A stretch of 63,938 nucleotides of DNA, filler included, from Octopus bimaculoides (GCF_001194135.2; 5 parts of 5 records of this genome joined end to end with filler, not necessarily neighbours in it), one strand, 5' to 3'. Shown: positions 23,407 to 36,557, numbered from the whole stretch's first letter. Made by a program: numbers and translations. Notes: generated by a model not told the origin, from the sequence alone.

Positions 23407-26376
23407 AATATCAGCGTTACCCTTTACTTGCGAGTTTATTGAATGAATGTTGAAGGGTTTTTTTTTAATCTATTTAAGTATGCAACAGCGGAATGGAAAT
23501 AACATGCCCGATAACACATGCAAGCATGAGTAACGAATATAACGTACACACTTAAGAGCATGACGCTTATGTTTCGATAGTATATGAAATACAGGTATGA
23601 GTGTACCTGCATCTTCGTACGTTGATATATTTATATAACACAACAATTTGCATACATATATACATGTATGTATGTATATGTATATTCATATATGTATCTA
23701 AGGATACATATATACATAAATATATATATATATATATATAGACATACATATACATACAGACACACATACATAGATACAAACATATAAGACAAGACGCATG
23801 TGATATTGTGTTATGATTCTGGAAACATCAAAATTGAGTTAAATATTATTGTTTTATGTTTATTTTGACTAAATATTATTCCGGAAGACTTCAAAATAAC
23901 TTTGACAGAGAGAAAAAACATTTCCTCTACCACAGAAAATATATATATAAAAAAAAAGAAATGACAAGACCAAATGCAAAAATGTATTGAATCAAAGAAA
24001 AAAAAAGGAAAGTTTTGGTGAAAAAGAACAGTTTTTTTTTTTCAATTAAAAAAGATATTTGTTACCAATATATGTGATCTCGGTGGGTAATTAACTGCAT
24101 ATAACTCGAGAATTCCAAACTGACCAACAGGTTGGCAGCAATATACCAATATTTTTGGTACAGCTATCAACTTATTCATACCCACTTCAATATGTTCTAA
24201 TTATTTTTAGACTATATTTACATCTGACACATAAAAAGAAAAAAATAAAGTCATAAAATTTAAAAAAAAAAAAATTGATGTCACTTGAGCAGCTATTGTT
24301 TTATTCCTCTTTAAACTGGATTTATTTTTTTAAACAGAAAAAAATGACTCTTGTAAATTTTATTATTAATTTACACAAGAAATATCTTTCTTTCATTACA
24401 AAGCTCTTTCATGACATCAATGAAATTGGAATATTAAATAGATTTTAAAAAAGAGAAACGATTTTCCCCAAAGACGACGGGACTTTTGTGAATCAATGTC
24501 AAATAATGTAATTAACTCAAACAGCGTAAATACTATTTTCCCCCCTCTAGAATCAAGTCTCTACATGTTTCCATGAATGATATACTTTTACCAAAAATTA
24601 TGTTTCAACGGTGGCCTGCAAAGGCTGATTTTGAACACTTTTAATCCTGCCTCATTTTTTTCCCACTATTTCCCAGAAACTTGCACACCGTCAATCTCCC
24701 TTTTGTTTCTTTTTTTTTTAATAATTTCATGCCAATTTAAGAAATTTACCCTATTTTAAAATAATTTATGGTTAAATAACACTGATATTTGTGTTATTTA
24801 TATGTATAGAATTAGAACTTGAACAAACACATCTATTTCATTTTATTTATCCTCATTGTTGTAACAGTTTAAAATGTGCTCGACAAGTATTATGTATTTC
24901 TTTGGTGGGAGCTAGCCTGCCTAAGTCTTGTGCTTTTATTTCTTTTAAAGCTTTGCCATCAATAAAAACGGCACCACACACCACACTCACACACACAATT
25001 ACAAAATTAAAAATATAATAATGATAATAATAATATTAATCTAAAACCAAGAGCTAACTACACCAGTCTAAGCAATCAATGTAGCTGATAAATGTATTGA
25101 TTAAAACGGCTACACATTTGAATATATCAAAATTACTAACTCTTTATATTGGCAACCAGTCAAGTTACTAATTATTGTTTTAAATCGTTTTTTTTTAATA
25201 AGGACGTTATTCCTTACGGACCAAATTCATGGCTTCTTCATTTATTAAATAGTGTATGAAAAAAATGAAACATAAAAGGTTGGAGAAATTACAAAATTTT
25301 CGATCTTTTAAATCAAAAAAAAAAATATATATATATAATTTGTAATATGAGATTTTATTCCAAACTTATAATTAATTCTTTGTTTGCACTGTCTGTTGGA
25401 CATACATTTCTTCGAGAATTAAATCAGTTATTAGAAAAACTTGACTGGAAGAGTAAAATTGCATATAAACATGTTTGATACATGTTTGATAAACATAAAG
25501 CTTGGAAAAGACATGTTTTCTTTTTAAATTTTAAAGGAAAATTTATGTCACGTGGTTGCTCAAACCCTTTATTAAAATTTCAATGATGAAAATTGTTAAA
25601 AAGCACACTGAAATCTGATATGCCATGTCATGTTACACTCTTCACTTACCATTTTACAAAAGAAAAAAAATGTTTAAAAAAGCGCCTACTAGAATGCTAT
25701 AAATGTTATCAAACTTAGATCTGTTTCTTAACAACCTGCCCCTTGTGGTTATTAAAAATTCCAAGCAAAAGGCAGGGCAACAGTGTCTGTTTATAAATAA
25801 ATTCTTTAACCAATTCCAAAGAAAGAAGTTGAAGAAAGAAAGAACAAATATTATTGGTCTATGTGAATGGAACCACCATATTCCTACGAGAATCTTTTTG
25901 TATTTTTCAATTTTTCACTTCATGTATTATTTTTTGTTTTATGAAATGATAAAGCCAACGTTACTTGTCCACACACACACACACACACGCACAAATAGAC
26001 AAAGAGACACACGCAAGTTATATATATATATATATATATATATATATNNNNNNNNNNNNNNNNNNNNNNNNNNNNNNNNNNNNNNNNNNNNNNNNNNNNN
26101 NNNNNNNNNNNNNNNNNNNNNNNNNNNNNNNNNNNNNNNNNNNNNNNNNNNNNNNNNNNNNNNNNNNNNNNNNNNNNNNNNNNNNNNNNNNNNNNNNNNN
26201 NNNNNNNNNNNNNNNNNNNNNNNNNNNNNNNNNNNNNNNNNNNNNNNNNNNNNNNNNNNNNNNNNNNAAAAAAAAAAACGCAAAACAAACGAAAAAGAAA
26301 ACTTAAAAACCTCAAAAATCTAAACGAAATGATGGATGACCTTTAGGCTAGTGAACTTTTTAAAATAAGATTGACG

Positions 26377-26439
<63 letters not shown>

Positions 26440-29389
26440 CACATACACACACACATATATATATAATATATACATACAATTAATTTTGTTGCTTTAAACA
26501 CGTATCTATTAGACGAGAAACAACTATTGTTATGTATCATTCATATACATACTTTTGTATTGTTCAATGATAAATGTTATAATTGAAACTTTACGATATG
26601 GTTATGCCACAAATCATGTCAAAATGATTCAACTTGAAGAATGGTTATTTATTTCATTCTTTAAATTATGAATACACTATTTCACATTAATATTCTTTCT
26701 AATTAATATTTTTTTTTACAAAATTAAGAAATGCTAAGTAAGAAATGCAAAAAAGAATGCTATCTAGTGAAAAATTTCACAAATCAGTCTTATAATTAGT
26801 TATGAACATACTGAAGTATTTAATTTTCATTATTTTTGAACAGTATGAAAAAGCTAATAGAGAATGAAAACTGGTTTTATTTTATTAATGGCACTAAAAA
26901 TTTATTTATACTCCCTTCCATTCCTATAATACGTCATTCCTAATATATAGTCATTCCTATAAAATAGCCATTCCTCTTATATTGTCAAAATATGTGACGA
27001 AAAGCCTAAACGGATGATGAGTAATTGCAGAACTGATCGAACCAAATATCATAAATTAATCATTTACAGTAGTTTTCTACTCTATAAAAATCTCGAAATA
27101 GAGAAAGTTGCTTTTTGATTGAGTCGGATACGATCCTGGCAAGCATTTTTCTCTCATCCAAAAAAAATGGCATGAATCCAAGATTGAAGCATTTGCTTTG
27201 CAATCTATAGAAAACACAGACATATTCGCATACGCACACATACACACATATTTGTGTGCTTGTGTATAAAATTGTATATATGCGTCAGTACATGTGTGCG
27301 TGCGTGTGTGTGTGTGTATAAACTGCTTCTGAAAGAAAAGACGAAACAATATAGAAAAGCATTTCGCTACATATTTGTTTCAAATGTTTGCAAGTTATTT
27401 TGAAAACAATGGTTGAATCCATGAAAAAGAGAGAATAATATTCCAGAATAATTTAAGAGTATAGAATTGTAGGTCGTAAACAACGTGAGTCTTTAGGAAG
27501 AAATGTACTGTATCTCGGTTATATATTTACAAATGTGAAAATATAAGCATGTCAATTGTACAATAATTATATACGTATTTTATATTAGTATATATTGATG
27601 ACATTAGCCATGTGATACGCCATACAATAAACATATAAATTCTACATTCGAAAACATAACTAACTCTAATTTGAAGTAAAATTTAGAGTTAAGAATCACA
27701 TATAATATGATTTTTACTGTAACAGTATTTAATGAGCTTTAATCTTGCTAAGATCATTTTCCCTCAGACATGTGCGTGCTGTGTGAGTGTGCATGTGCGT
27801 TAATCTATGTATGTATGTGTAAAATGTTTGTTATATATTTTTGGTGGATATTTGCATTTCAGTAGATATTTTTTCCTAAAAGTGATTTTATTCTAATTCT
27901 TGGTTTTATTCCAAGCAATAAAAATATTATCCTTATTACAAGATACTTTCCCTTTTTTAATTTCACAACGTGTATGTGTTTGCGAAAGCATTGTATAAAA
28001 AAACAAATATTTTCCTACATATTACATAATTTGTAATATTTAGGTAATATTGAAAAATTTTAGTCAATCTCTTGTTTCTTAAAGAATCGTTTTTATTAAT
28101 TAATATTTCATTGATTGTTCCAATGATTAGATATTTGAAAAGGAGGCGAAAATTGAGTGAGAGGATCAAAGCTTGACAGAAGCGTGGGGAATGGCAATTC
28201 TTAGTTAATATAATATAAAATATAAAAAAGAAGTAACATAAACAGTGGTAGTTTCCTATTTTGCTTCAATGCTTTGCATCTCCTGAAACATAATTATGTT
28301 CAGTTTGCATGTTTACAAATGTATGGAAATATAGATTTAAGCAATGTATTAATATGTTTGCAAGACAGCGAGAAAAGAAAGAAATTGTGAGAAAGAGTAA
28401 AAGCATTTAGTAAATGTTTTGTTAAAAGTTTTACAAATTGTTAAAAAAATTTTATGAGTAAAAAATAAAAACTTTATATAAAATACATCATTCTTATACA
28501 GTTAATGACAAGTGTTTAATTTTAAAACTCAGCTCTAATGTACTGATATGCTGAGTATTGTGTATATGTGTCCATTATGTGTGTGTGTGTGTGTGTGTTG
28601 AGAAAAGGATGTCATTAATAATTTGAGACCACTTTAATCGAATATTGATATTGAAATACAACTAAATTAATCTGAACTGTACAATATGATATAATATTGA
28701 TGCATGCTTGTAAACTTCCATTTAACAGAAATAACCTTAGATTTTGGCAAAAGTTATAAGTCAATTTCTCCAAAATTAATCTGCTTCAGTATTCATTCTA
28801 AATCTCCGTTGAACTTGTATAGCTGTTATCTAATGAGTTCATTTACTGTTCCACGAGTGTTACATTTTAGGATTATAATAGTCATTCATGTGATCCTATA
28901 ATCATGCTCATAAAACAGACATATGAAATCATTTTATGCGATATAGTATGAGGCAAAATGATTGCCTACGTGGGTTTTCTTACTGATGAAAAATTCACAA
29001 GCAGGCAACTATGATAAAATAAACTAATGAAGAAATTTAAATATCTAATTATTGTATTAACCCATTCTCTCTAGTGGCATATCACCATTGACTATAAATC
29101 ATAATGAATCTCTGAATTTTCTACTGTTAATCGTTATTGTGATTTATTTCGAAATTAGTAATTCCTTCAAAACTAATTCGGAAAATACAGTGAAAATTCA
29201 CTGATGACGTGAGAATATGACGAAAACATGCCCAGTGTTATCTGGCGTGCATGTCGGAAAAATGAATATAACGTTAGTCATTGGCTAATATATATTTTTT
29301 CTTTACACGCATATTTATTTCTACTTAGATTTTTATACTTCATGGACTAATATATTAGAATTAATTTGTTTGATTTGAACATTGCTAAG

Positions 29390-29434
<45 letters not shown>

Positions 29435-30159
29435 NNNNNNNNNNNNNNNNNNNNNNNNNNNNNNNNNNNNNNNNNNNNNNNNNNNNNNNNNNNNNNNNNN
29501 NNNNNNNNNNNNNNNNNNNNNNNNNNNNNNNNNNNNNNNNNNNNNNNNNNNNNNNNNNNNNNNNNNNNNNNNNNNNNNNNNNNNNNNNNNNNNNNNNNNN
29601 NNNNNNNNNNNNNNNNNNNNNNNNNNNNNNNNNNNNNNNNNNNNNNNNNNNNNNNNNNNNNNNNNNNNNNNNNNNNNNNNNNNNNNNNNNNNNNNNNNNN
29701 NNNNNNNNNNNNNNNNNNNNNNNNNNNNNNNNNNNNNNNNNNNNNNNNNNNNNNNNNNNNNNNNNNNNNNNNNNNNNNNNNNNNNNNNNNNNNNNNNNNN
29801 NNNNNNNNNNNNNNNNNNNNNNNNNNNNNNNNNNNNNNNNNNNNNNNNNNNNNNNNNNNNNNNNNNNNNNNNNNNNNNNNNNNNNNNNNNNNNNNNNNNN
29901 NNNNNNNNNNNNNNNNNNNNNNNNNNNNNNNNNNNNNNNNNNNNNNNNNNNNNNNNNNNNNNNNNNNNNNNNNNNNNNNNNNNNNNNNNNNNNNNNNNNN
30001 NNNNNNNNNNNNNNNNNNNNNNNNNNNNNNNNNNNNNNNNNNNNNNNNNNNNNNNNNNNNNNNNNNNNNNNNNNNNNNNNNNNNNNNNNNNNNNNNNNNN
30101 NNNNNNNNNNNNNNNNNNNNNNNNNNNNNNNNNNNNNNNNNNNNNNNNNNNNNNNNNNN

Positions 30160-30212
<53 letters not shown>

Positions 30213-30375
30213 TACCTGTGCATTTGAGTATTGGTATTTAATTAAATAAATAAATAAATAAATAAATATGAAACCATAGCTGATGTGTCTGAAATATGTC
30301 ATGGATATTATATTAAACTATCATATAAAAAATGTTTCTTGTTTTAATTTTTTGTCCTATTCGGTTTCCTTTTTC

Positions 30376-30453
<78 letters not shown>

Positions 30454-30520
30454 CTTTATCATTATTATTACTATTACTATTACAACTTTTATTATTACTA
30501 CTATTATTATTATTATTTTG
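30376..30520. repeat. (TAT)n microsatellite
   Basis: Seen directly. Confidence 0.95.
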
Positions 30521-31001
30521 TTATAATTTAATATTTATGATAATAATAATTTTTAAATTTCGTTTATTTATTCAAATTTCCTTTTTACATTATTTTGAAG
30601 CAAACAGACACACACATACAAAGAAAGTCATGAAACAACCATTTCATAATGGATGCTAATATTGTCATCATAAGGGCGAAAAAAATATAAATAAAATACA
30701 ATATCCTTTATCATTATTGTCGTTGTAATAAATTGTACATTAATTCGCTTTATTTTTGTAAACCATCTGTTGTTCTTGCTCCCATTAAATTCAGTATTTA
30801 GCTCCAAACGTTTAGTACTAAGTAACTTTTCTACTCGCTGGAGCAATACTTGATTTCCGATGATATGGGTCTCGTTTAAGATTATATACTCAATATTAGA
30901 CAGATAAAGACTTAAATCATTATATGATCACATCTCTTGATCATGTAATGTGCATGAAATATGTCTGAATACCTGACCATATATATATATATATTTATAT
31001 A

Positions 31002-31101
31002 NNNNNNNNNNNNNNNNNNNNNNNNNNNNNNNNNNNNNNNNNNNNTTAATTAATTAANNNNNNNNNNNNNNNNNNNNNNNNNNNNNNNNNNNNNNNNNNN
31101 N
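31002..31101. other. Artificial 100-nt scaffold join (44 N + TTAATTAATTAA + 44 N)
   Basis: The same construct occurs four times. The palindromic linker gives TAA in all six frames. Confidence 0.95.
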
Positions 31102-31200
31102 ACTCTGTAAGTTTCATATTCAGTTTTGGACGTTGGTAGTGCAGGGCTTGGAATTTTTCAGCATTAAACTGCATATTATTGTCCTCAGCCCATCTGTAAA
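31102..31200 (-). mobile_element. CR1-like LINE reverse-transcriptase fragment
   Basis: The minus strand reads ..RWAEDNNMQFNAEKFQALHYQ. It is homologous to the 50931-51640 fragment. Confidence 0.65.
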
Positions 31201-31341
31201 ATATCTATATATATATATATAAATATGTATAAATATATATCGCTGTCATCCATACATACAGACTTGTCCTTTACAGGTGCTGGTGCCACAGAAAATGCAC
31301 CCATGCAAGTTCTGCACAGATGCAGCCACTGTTGGTGTCAC

Positions 31342-31516
31342 ATAGAAAGCACCCAGCACACTCAGTAAAGTGGTTGGCATCAGGAAGGACACCCAGCCAT
31401 AGAAACCCTGGTACAACAGACAATTGGTGTCTGGACAGTTCCTTTGCTGGCCATCTCCTGTCAAACTGTCTAACCCATGCCAGCATGGAAAATGGATGTT
31501 AAGCGATGATAATGAT
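31342..31516 (+). mobile_element. Interspersed retroposon 3' segment (family unassigned), copy 1
   Basis: Shares GTAAAGTGGTTGGCAT-AGGAAGG-CA-CCAGC-ATAGAAACC...CCATGCCAGCATGG...GATGTTAA with 35876-36029 and ends in a (GAT)-like tail. Confidence 0.65.
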
Positions 31517-32404
31517 GTGTATGTGTGTGTAAACCCCGAATTACTCCTGAGAAGTACTCAATATTATTAAACTTATAATTACAGTAGTGACTATAGCAAA
31601 ATTTTGTGTTTGTAAAAAGGAAACCAGTTCGTAATGTCCTTTGTACGTCTTTAAGATGATCAGGTACCAGTTGTTTTTAATTTGTTTAATTTTGAATTTC
31701 TGTTGTGAGTTGTAAAAGTTTGTAGAATATATGAATAGAATAAGAGTGATGAACAATGTCTGAACATTGCATGTGTGAATGAGATTTAGTTGCTCTTTCT
31801 AGCATGTTAGAGTTTGCTTTGAATATTTGTATAAAATAGCTGAATGGAAAGTTGCAATAAACTACAAGCTGATGGCCTGGGGTTTGCATCTGCTCAAGCA
31901 TTTTGATACCTCCTGGGGCAGGACATTTTATTATATACATCATACCACATTTCTCTGGGAGCTAAATTCCATACCCCTATGCCAAGCACTTCCTTTATTA
32001 ATTTCCCTGGTTTACAAAGATATCTGTTTTACTCTTTAGTTTTCAAATTACTGTCAAATATAAATATTCACATAATCAAGTATAATCTCATAGCTTTGAG
32101 ATTTCAGTGATGTGATTGTTTTCTTTTAGAATGACATTGTAGGGTAGATGTAAGAGGCCAGATCTGGCTGGTTTGAACATAAAACAGGCAGAATTTTTGG
32201 GCCAGATGTGACTCGTTTAAATGTTAAATGTTTAATTAATAATTCTCTCAAAAATTTTAGTTACACACAAAAAAAAAGGGGTTGGGGTTTGGGCCTGGAA
32301 ATTCTGGATTTGAGAGTAGTTTGTGTGTCTGGTGGTCAGTTTGTGTCCTGGGCTGTCAAGTTTACTAATCTGAGTTTCTGCTGGTTAATAATTCTCTTTG
32401 ACAG

Positions 32405-32620
32405 AACCTATTCCAGTGAAGAAGGTCGACAACCCTTATGCAGTTCAGAGACCACACGCCACACACTCCTTGCTCCAAAGACAAGGATCTTTCAGGGGAT
32501 TCGAGAAATTACATGAAACTTCATCTCCTTTCAAACGGTCAGTCTCTCTAAGATTGAACGAACTCCCGTCAACCTTAAGAAGACAGAACGCTGTTCTCGA
32601 ATCTCCACCCAATGCGGGCG
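32405..32620 (+). CDS. numb: numb internal exon (NumbF domain)
   Basis: Acceptor TTCTCTTTGACAG|AA and donor GCG|GTAAGT; 216 nt, phase 1-1. It encodes EPIPVKKVDNPYAVQRPHATHSLLQRQGSFRGFEKLHETSSPFKRSVSLRLNELPSTLRRQ, matching the Numb-family signature NPHAIPRRHAP..LARQGSFRGF....SPFKRQLSLRINELPST. Confidence 0.92.
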
Positions 32621-32930
32621 GTAAGTTTCTCCCTTTCTTTCTTTGTGTCTTTTGAGACTGGGATTTGGTGGAATGATAGAGAAGTTTACTTGCAGTTTTT
32701 TTTTTTTTGTGATCACGTGGTTCCACTACACGAGTGTTGGTTTGTTTATGTTCCTGTAGCTTAGCAGTTCAGCAAATGAAAACAAGTATTGAGGTCAATT
32801 TCTTCAACTAGAACTCTTTAAAGTAGTGCCCTTGCATAGCTGTTGTCCAATGACTGAAACCAGTAAAAGATAAAGGAGGAACACTAGTTTATTATGGAAA
32901 GACAAAACCTGTGGCTTATAACAAGTGCCA

Positions 32931-33075
32931 AGGGGCTGTGTGCCAAAAAGCTTGCTTCCTAACCAGCTTTCAACCCCACTACATGGCACCTTGGGCAAGT
33001 GTCTTCTACTATAGCCTTAGGCTAACCAAAGCCTTGTGAGTGGATTTGATAGACAGAAACTGAAAGAAGCCCATC
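32931..33075 (+). mobile_element. SINE family A, 5' part
   Basis: CACCTTGGGCAAGTGTCTTCTACTATAGCC...GCCTTGTGAGTGGATTTG core shared with at least 7 other copies in the window. The CCTTGGGCAAGT motif is reminiscent of the CORE-SINE domain. Confidence 0.8.
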
Positions 33076-33079
33076 ATAT

Positions 33080-33111
<32 letters not shown>

Positions 33112-33339
33112 GCCTTCTGTTCTACAAATAAATTGGCTGTTTCTCCTGAATTATATCCCTTGTTAAAAAGAGTTACCTCTCCCTTGAACCTCTGGAAAAA
33201 GGATTGCAAACAACAGGAATTTGAACAACTAAGACGAATAAAGGTACATTAATTTACTCTAGAGGATAAATTCTTTGTTTGCCGAAACTGTCTCCGTTTT
33301 TAAGTATAATGGACGAATTGCTTTGTGCCAACTGGGACC

Positions 33340-33430
33340 GAGAAGGAGAGAGAGTCTCAAGAATGAAGAATTTCTCCAAAAATCCCGTCATTCAGAAAGG
33401 AGGATTGTCTGATTGTCTGGAGGCAAGAGG
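33340..33430. repeat. Degenerate interspersed repeat, related to 47919-48010
   Basis: Visual similarity of roughly 70% (GAGAAGG..TCTCAAGAA..AAGA.TTTCTCCAAA..CATTCAG..TTGTCTGG). Family not identified. Confidence 0.35.
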
Positions 33431-33585
33431 ACAGATGTAGAACACATGTTCCTGCTGCTATAGGCGTCATCAGCACATCAGTTGTTTTACTTTATTTGCA
33501 GGAGACAGATTAAAGTTTAGATCCATCAATCGACTTCTTTGCAACAAATGGATCCCATGTGGAAGTGCTCCGATGTTGATAAAAC

Positions 33586-33801
33586 TCTCTTTACTCTTTT
33601 ACTTGTTTCAGTCATTTGACTACGGCCATGCTGGAGCACCGCCTTTAGTCCAGAAAATCGACCCCAGGACTTATTCTTTTGTAAGCCTAGTACTTATTCT
33701 ATCGGTCTCTTTTTACCAAACCACTAAGTTACGGGGACGTAAACACACCAGCATCGGTTGTCAAGCGATGGTGGGAAGACAAACACTAACACACATACAT
33801 A

Positions 33802-33832
<31 letters not shown>

Positions 33833-33962
33833 ACATACATACATATATACCAGTTTCCGTCTACCAAATCCACTCACAAGGCTTTGGTCGGCCTGAGGCT
33901 ATAGTAGAAGACAATTGCCCAAGGTGCCACGCAGTGGGACTGAAACCAGAACCATGTGGTTG
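33586..33962 (-). mobile_element. SINE family A with internal microsatellite (head runs into the gap)
   Basis: Reverse complement of the family A core and tail, with an internal (CA)/(TA) tract at about 33790-33850. Confidence 0.85.
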
Positions 33963-35264
33963 NNNNNNNNNNNNNNNNNNNNNNNNNNNNNNNNNNNNNN
34001 NNNNNNNNNNNNNNNNNNNNNNNNNNNNNNNNNNNNNNNNNNNNNNNNNNNNNNNNNNNNNNNNNNNNNNNNNNNNNNNNNNNNNNNNNNNNNNNNNNNN
34101 NNNNNNNNNNNNNNNNNNNNNNNNNNNNNNNNNNNNNNNNNNNNNNNATTTCAGTCTCAAAGCATTTCTTAAACTTGTTGGGATAACACCAATTGTTGTT
34201 TTTGACTTTCATTCTTCCAGCATCAACTGAAGAAAAAAAAAAAAAAAAAAACCTTTGTAAATACCACTAATACGTTTCTGGGATTTCAAGTTACTTATAT
34301 TCTTTGAAAAAAAGAAAAGAAAAAAATTAAGGTCCCATATTTTTAAACAAAATTTGCCCTTTTGCTTAAAGCTGTTAACCGTTGTTGTTGCTGCTTTTAC
34401 TGTTTCCCATAATGCAACAGCCAGTAGAGTTTGTGTGACCATAACAACGCTTTGCTTTCAATTGCTTTGTCTCACAATAACCATTTTGTGTTTCCTATAT
34501 TTGAAGCCACCCTTGCCCACCCCCAGAGATAGGTTGAATAGTTTTGACAGTACCCCAGATACACAAATATAGAAGGTAAATTGTGCGTGAGTTTGAGGTA
34601 GCAGTACCCCAGATACACACATAAGATAGACTGTGTAGCTGTTTGCAGTAACAATACTCTAGATATACAGGTATGGGGTACGCTGTGTATCAGTTTGGGT
34701 TATCAGTACCTCGAGATATACCGATGTATACCAGTCTGTGTCGATTTGTATTGAAAGTACAGGTAGAGAAATCCAGAGTGGATATAACTGATAAAAGTTA
34801 TCAGTTTTGGTTCATAATATTTAGCTCCCTGCCCTCGTGTCATCTCATTAATGCTATCTTTACTATTAACATACCTGTGCATTAATTATTACCTTTCTAC
34901 AGGTGGTGAGCAAAGAATCATTATTGCATTCATCGAAATGCTTCATAACATTTCTTCTGGTCCCTTACATTTCTGAATTCAAATCTTGCTAAGGTTGCCA
35001 GTCAAACACTGGGGTTGATGTAATTGACTACCCAACTCCCTAAAAATTGTCGACCTTCTGTCAAAATTTGGAGCCATTATTTAATACCTTTCTAATTTAA
35101 CCCACCTTATTGTTCCTTTGTCTTATGTTCCTTCATTACATTCTTCTCTTGTTCCTCTTCTATTCTCACGCCAAGCTAACTCACCCCACTCCCTCTTTCC
35201 TCCTTATCACACCTCCTGCTGCTTCCACACATAAACATATTTGTCTTCATCTGTTGTGTTTCAG

Positions 35265-35516
35265 TGAGTAGTCCTATACCCGAGCTGTCCCCTTCTGACG
35301 AGAACCCGGATTCAGTCGCCCAGATGTGTCAGCAATTATCCATGGGGCTCCGCGCCCTTAGCACAGACGATCCTTTTGCCAGTGTCCCTCACAGTACGCT
35401 CCAGTCCCTCCACTGCCCCTCCTCCGGTGTCATCAACACTGGAGCTTCATTCCAACAGAGTCCCACACATATCTTCAGTAACCCTGGCAACCAATCAGCG
35501 AACGCTTCCTCACAAG
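35265..35516 (+). CDS. numb: numb internal exon following NumbF (contains a DPF motif)
   Basis: Acceptor GTGTTTCAG|TG and donor CAAG|GTAGGT; 252 nt, phase 1-1, in frame with the 32405-32620 exon. PIPELSPSDENPDSVAQMCQQLSMGLRALSTDDPFASVP resembles vertebrate NUMB AVPEVEGEAESISSLCSQITNAFSTPEDPFSSAP. Confidence 0.85.
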
Positions 35517-35630
35517 GTAGGTTTCACATTTACGCATGCATGTACACAGGAGGACACACACATTTACTAGTACACACTGACACAGACATAACATGCTAAC
35601 AGATATACACAGGGACACACGCCTGTGTGC

Positions 35631-35682
<52 letters not shown>

Positions 35683-35875
35683 GAAAAGGATGTAGACAGG
35701 ATTTTGATAAAAACTATATACTTTCAGCCTAGGGATTCATCATGAATCCCTAAAAGGATGAAAGCATTAAATAAATAGATTTTTCTCGAAATCCCAACTA
35801 TTTCCTTTTGCCTAATACATGAAATCTGTACACCACTTCAAACAATATATATATATAGATAGATAGGCCACATAA

Positions 35876-36029
35876 AAAGCACCCGGTATACTCTGTAAAG
35901 TGGTTGGCATTAGGAAAGGGCATCCAGCTATAGAAACCAAGCCAAACTGGAACCTGGTACAGCTTCCCAGCTCTTGTCAAACCATCCAACCAATGCTAGC
36001 ATGGGAAATAGATGTTAAAGGATGATGGT
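35876..36029 (+). mobile_element. Interspersed retroposon 3' segment (family unassigned), copy 2
   Basis: Homologous to 31342-31516. Confidence 0.65.
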
Positions 36030-36457
36030 GAGATATATGTGTGTGTGTAAAAGGGTAAAGACCCTCTTCAGTCATGCGTGACCATGGGATTGCACCTAGA
36101 AAGTTACCCTCCGAGACACAAGACTGGGAGAGGTTGTTTATGGAAGACCAGCAGTCACCCATGCATACCGGCCTCCCCTCTGCACGCCACTGATGTTATC
36201 TTGCCCTGGAGACGCTCTCTAAAGTATTGCGCAAGCCTTATTGGACCTAAAGTTGAGCAGGAGGGTATTGCAGTTGACTTTCAACCTAAGTTGAATTTAA
36301 TATATATATTTATGTGTGTGGCTGGTTCTTTGGTAGAAGACACTTGCCGAACAGGTCATGTGATAAGACAGAACCTGAAACCATGTAATTAGGAAGCAAG
36401 AGTTTTACCACACAGCCCCACCTGTGAGTATACCAGACACCTATGCACCAAGCTATC

Positions 36458-36557
36458 NNNNNNNNNNNNNNNNNNNNNNNNNNNNNNNNNNNNNNNNNNN
36501 NTTAATTAATTAANNNNNNNNNNNNNNNNNNNNNNNNNNNNNNNNNNNNNNNNNNNN
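36458..36557. other. Artificial 100-nt scaffold join
   Basis: 44 N + TTAATTAATTAA + 44 N. Confidence 0.95.

Noticed and set aside
24244-24249. AATAAA as the hamlet polyadenylation signal
   Set aside because: The region is so A/T-rich that several such hexamers occur. It cannot be chosen without 3'-end data.
30628-30846. 72-aa minus ORF faintly resembling a Penelope GIY-YIG C-terminus and 3' end
   Set aside because: The diagnostic Cys/His residues are missing and the similarity is too weak to call.
31046-31057. TTAATTAATTAA palindrome as a homeodomain site or recombination motif
   Set aside because: It is always centred in exactly 88 Ns, so it is an assembly linker.
23406-32405. A hamlet-numb fusion protein
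   Set aside because: The hamlet ORF terminates at 23406, no strong in-exon donor is evident, and an artificial join lies between the genes.
33502-33896. Good acceptor (TTTATTTGCAG) opening a phase-1 frame inside the numb intron
   Set aside because: There is no plausible donor, the frame runs into an antisense SINE, and it has no Numb similarity.
35520-35640. TGCATG (Rbfox) motifs downstream of the numb exon
   Set aside because: TGCATG is common background in the CA/TG/TA low-complexity tracts of this window, so enrichment cannot be claimed.
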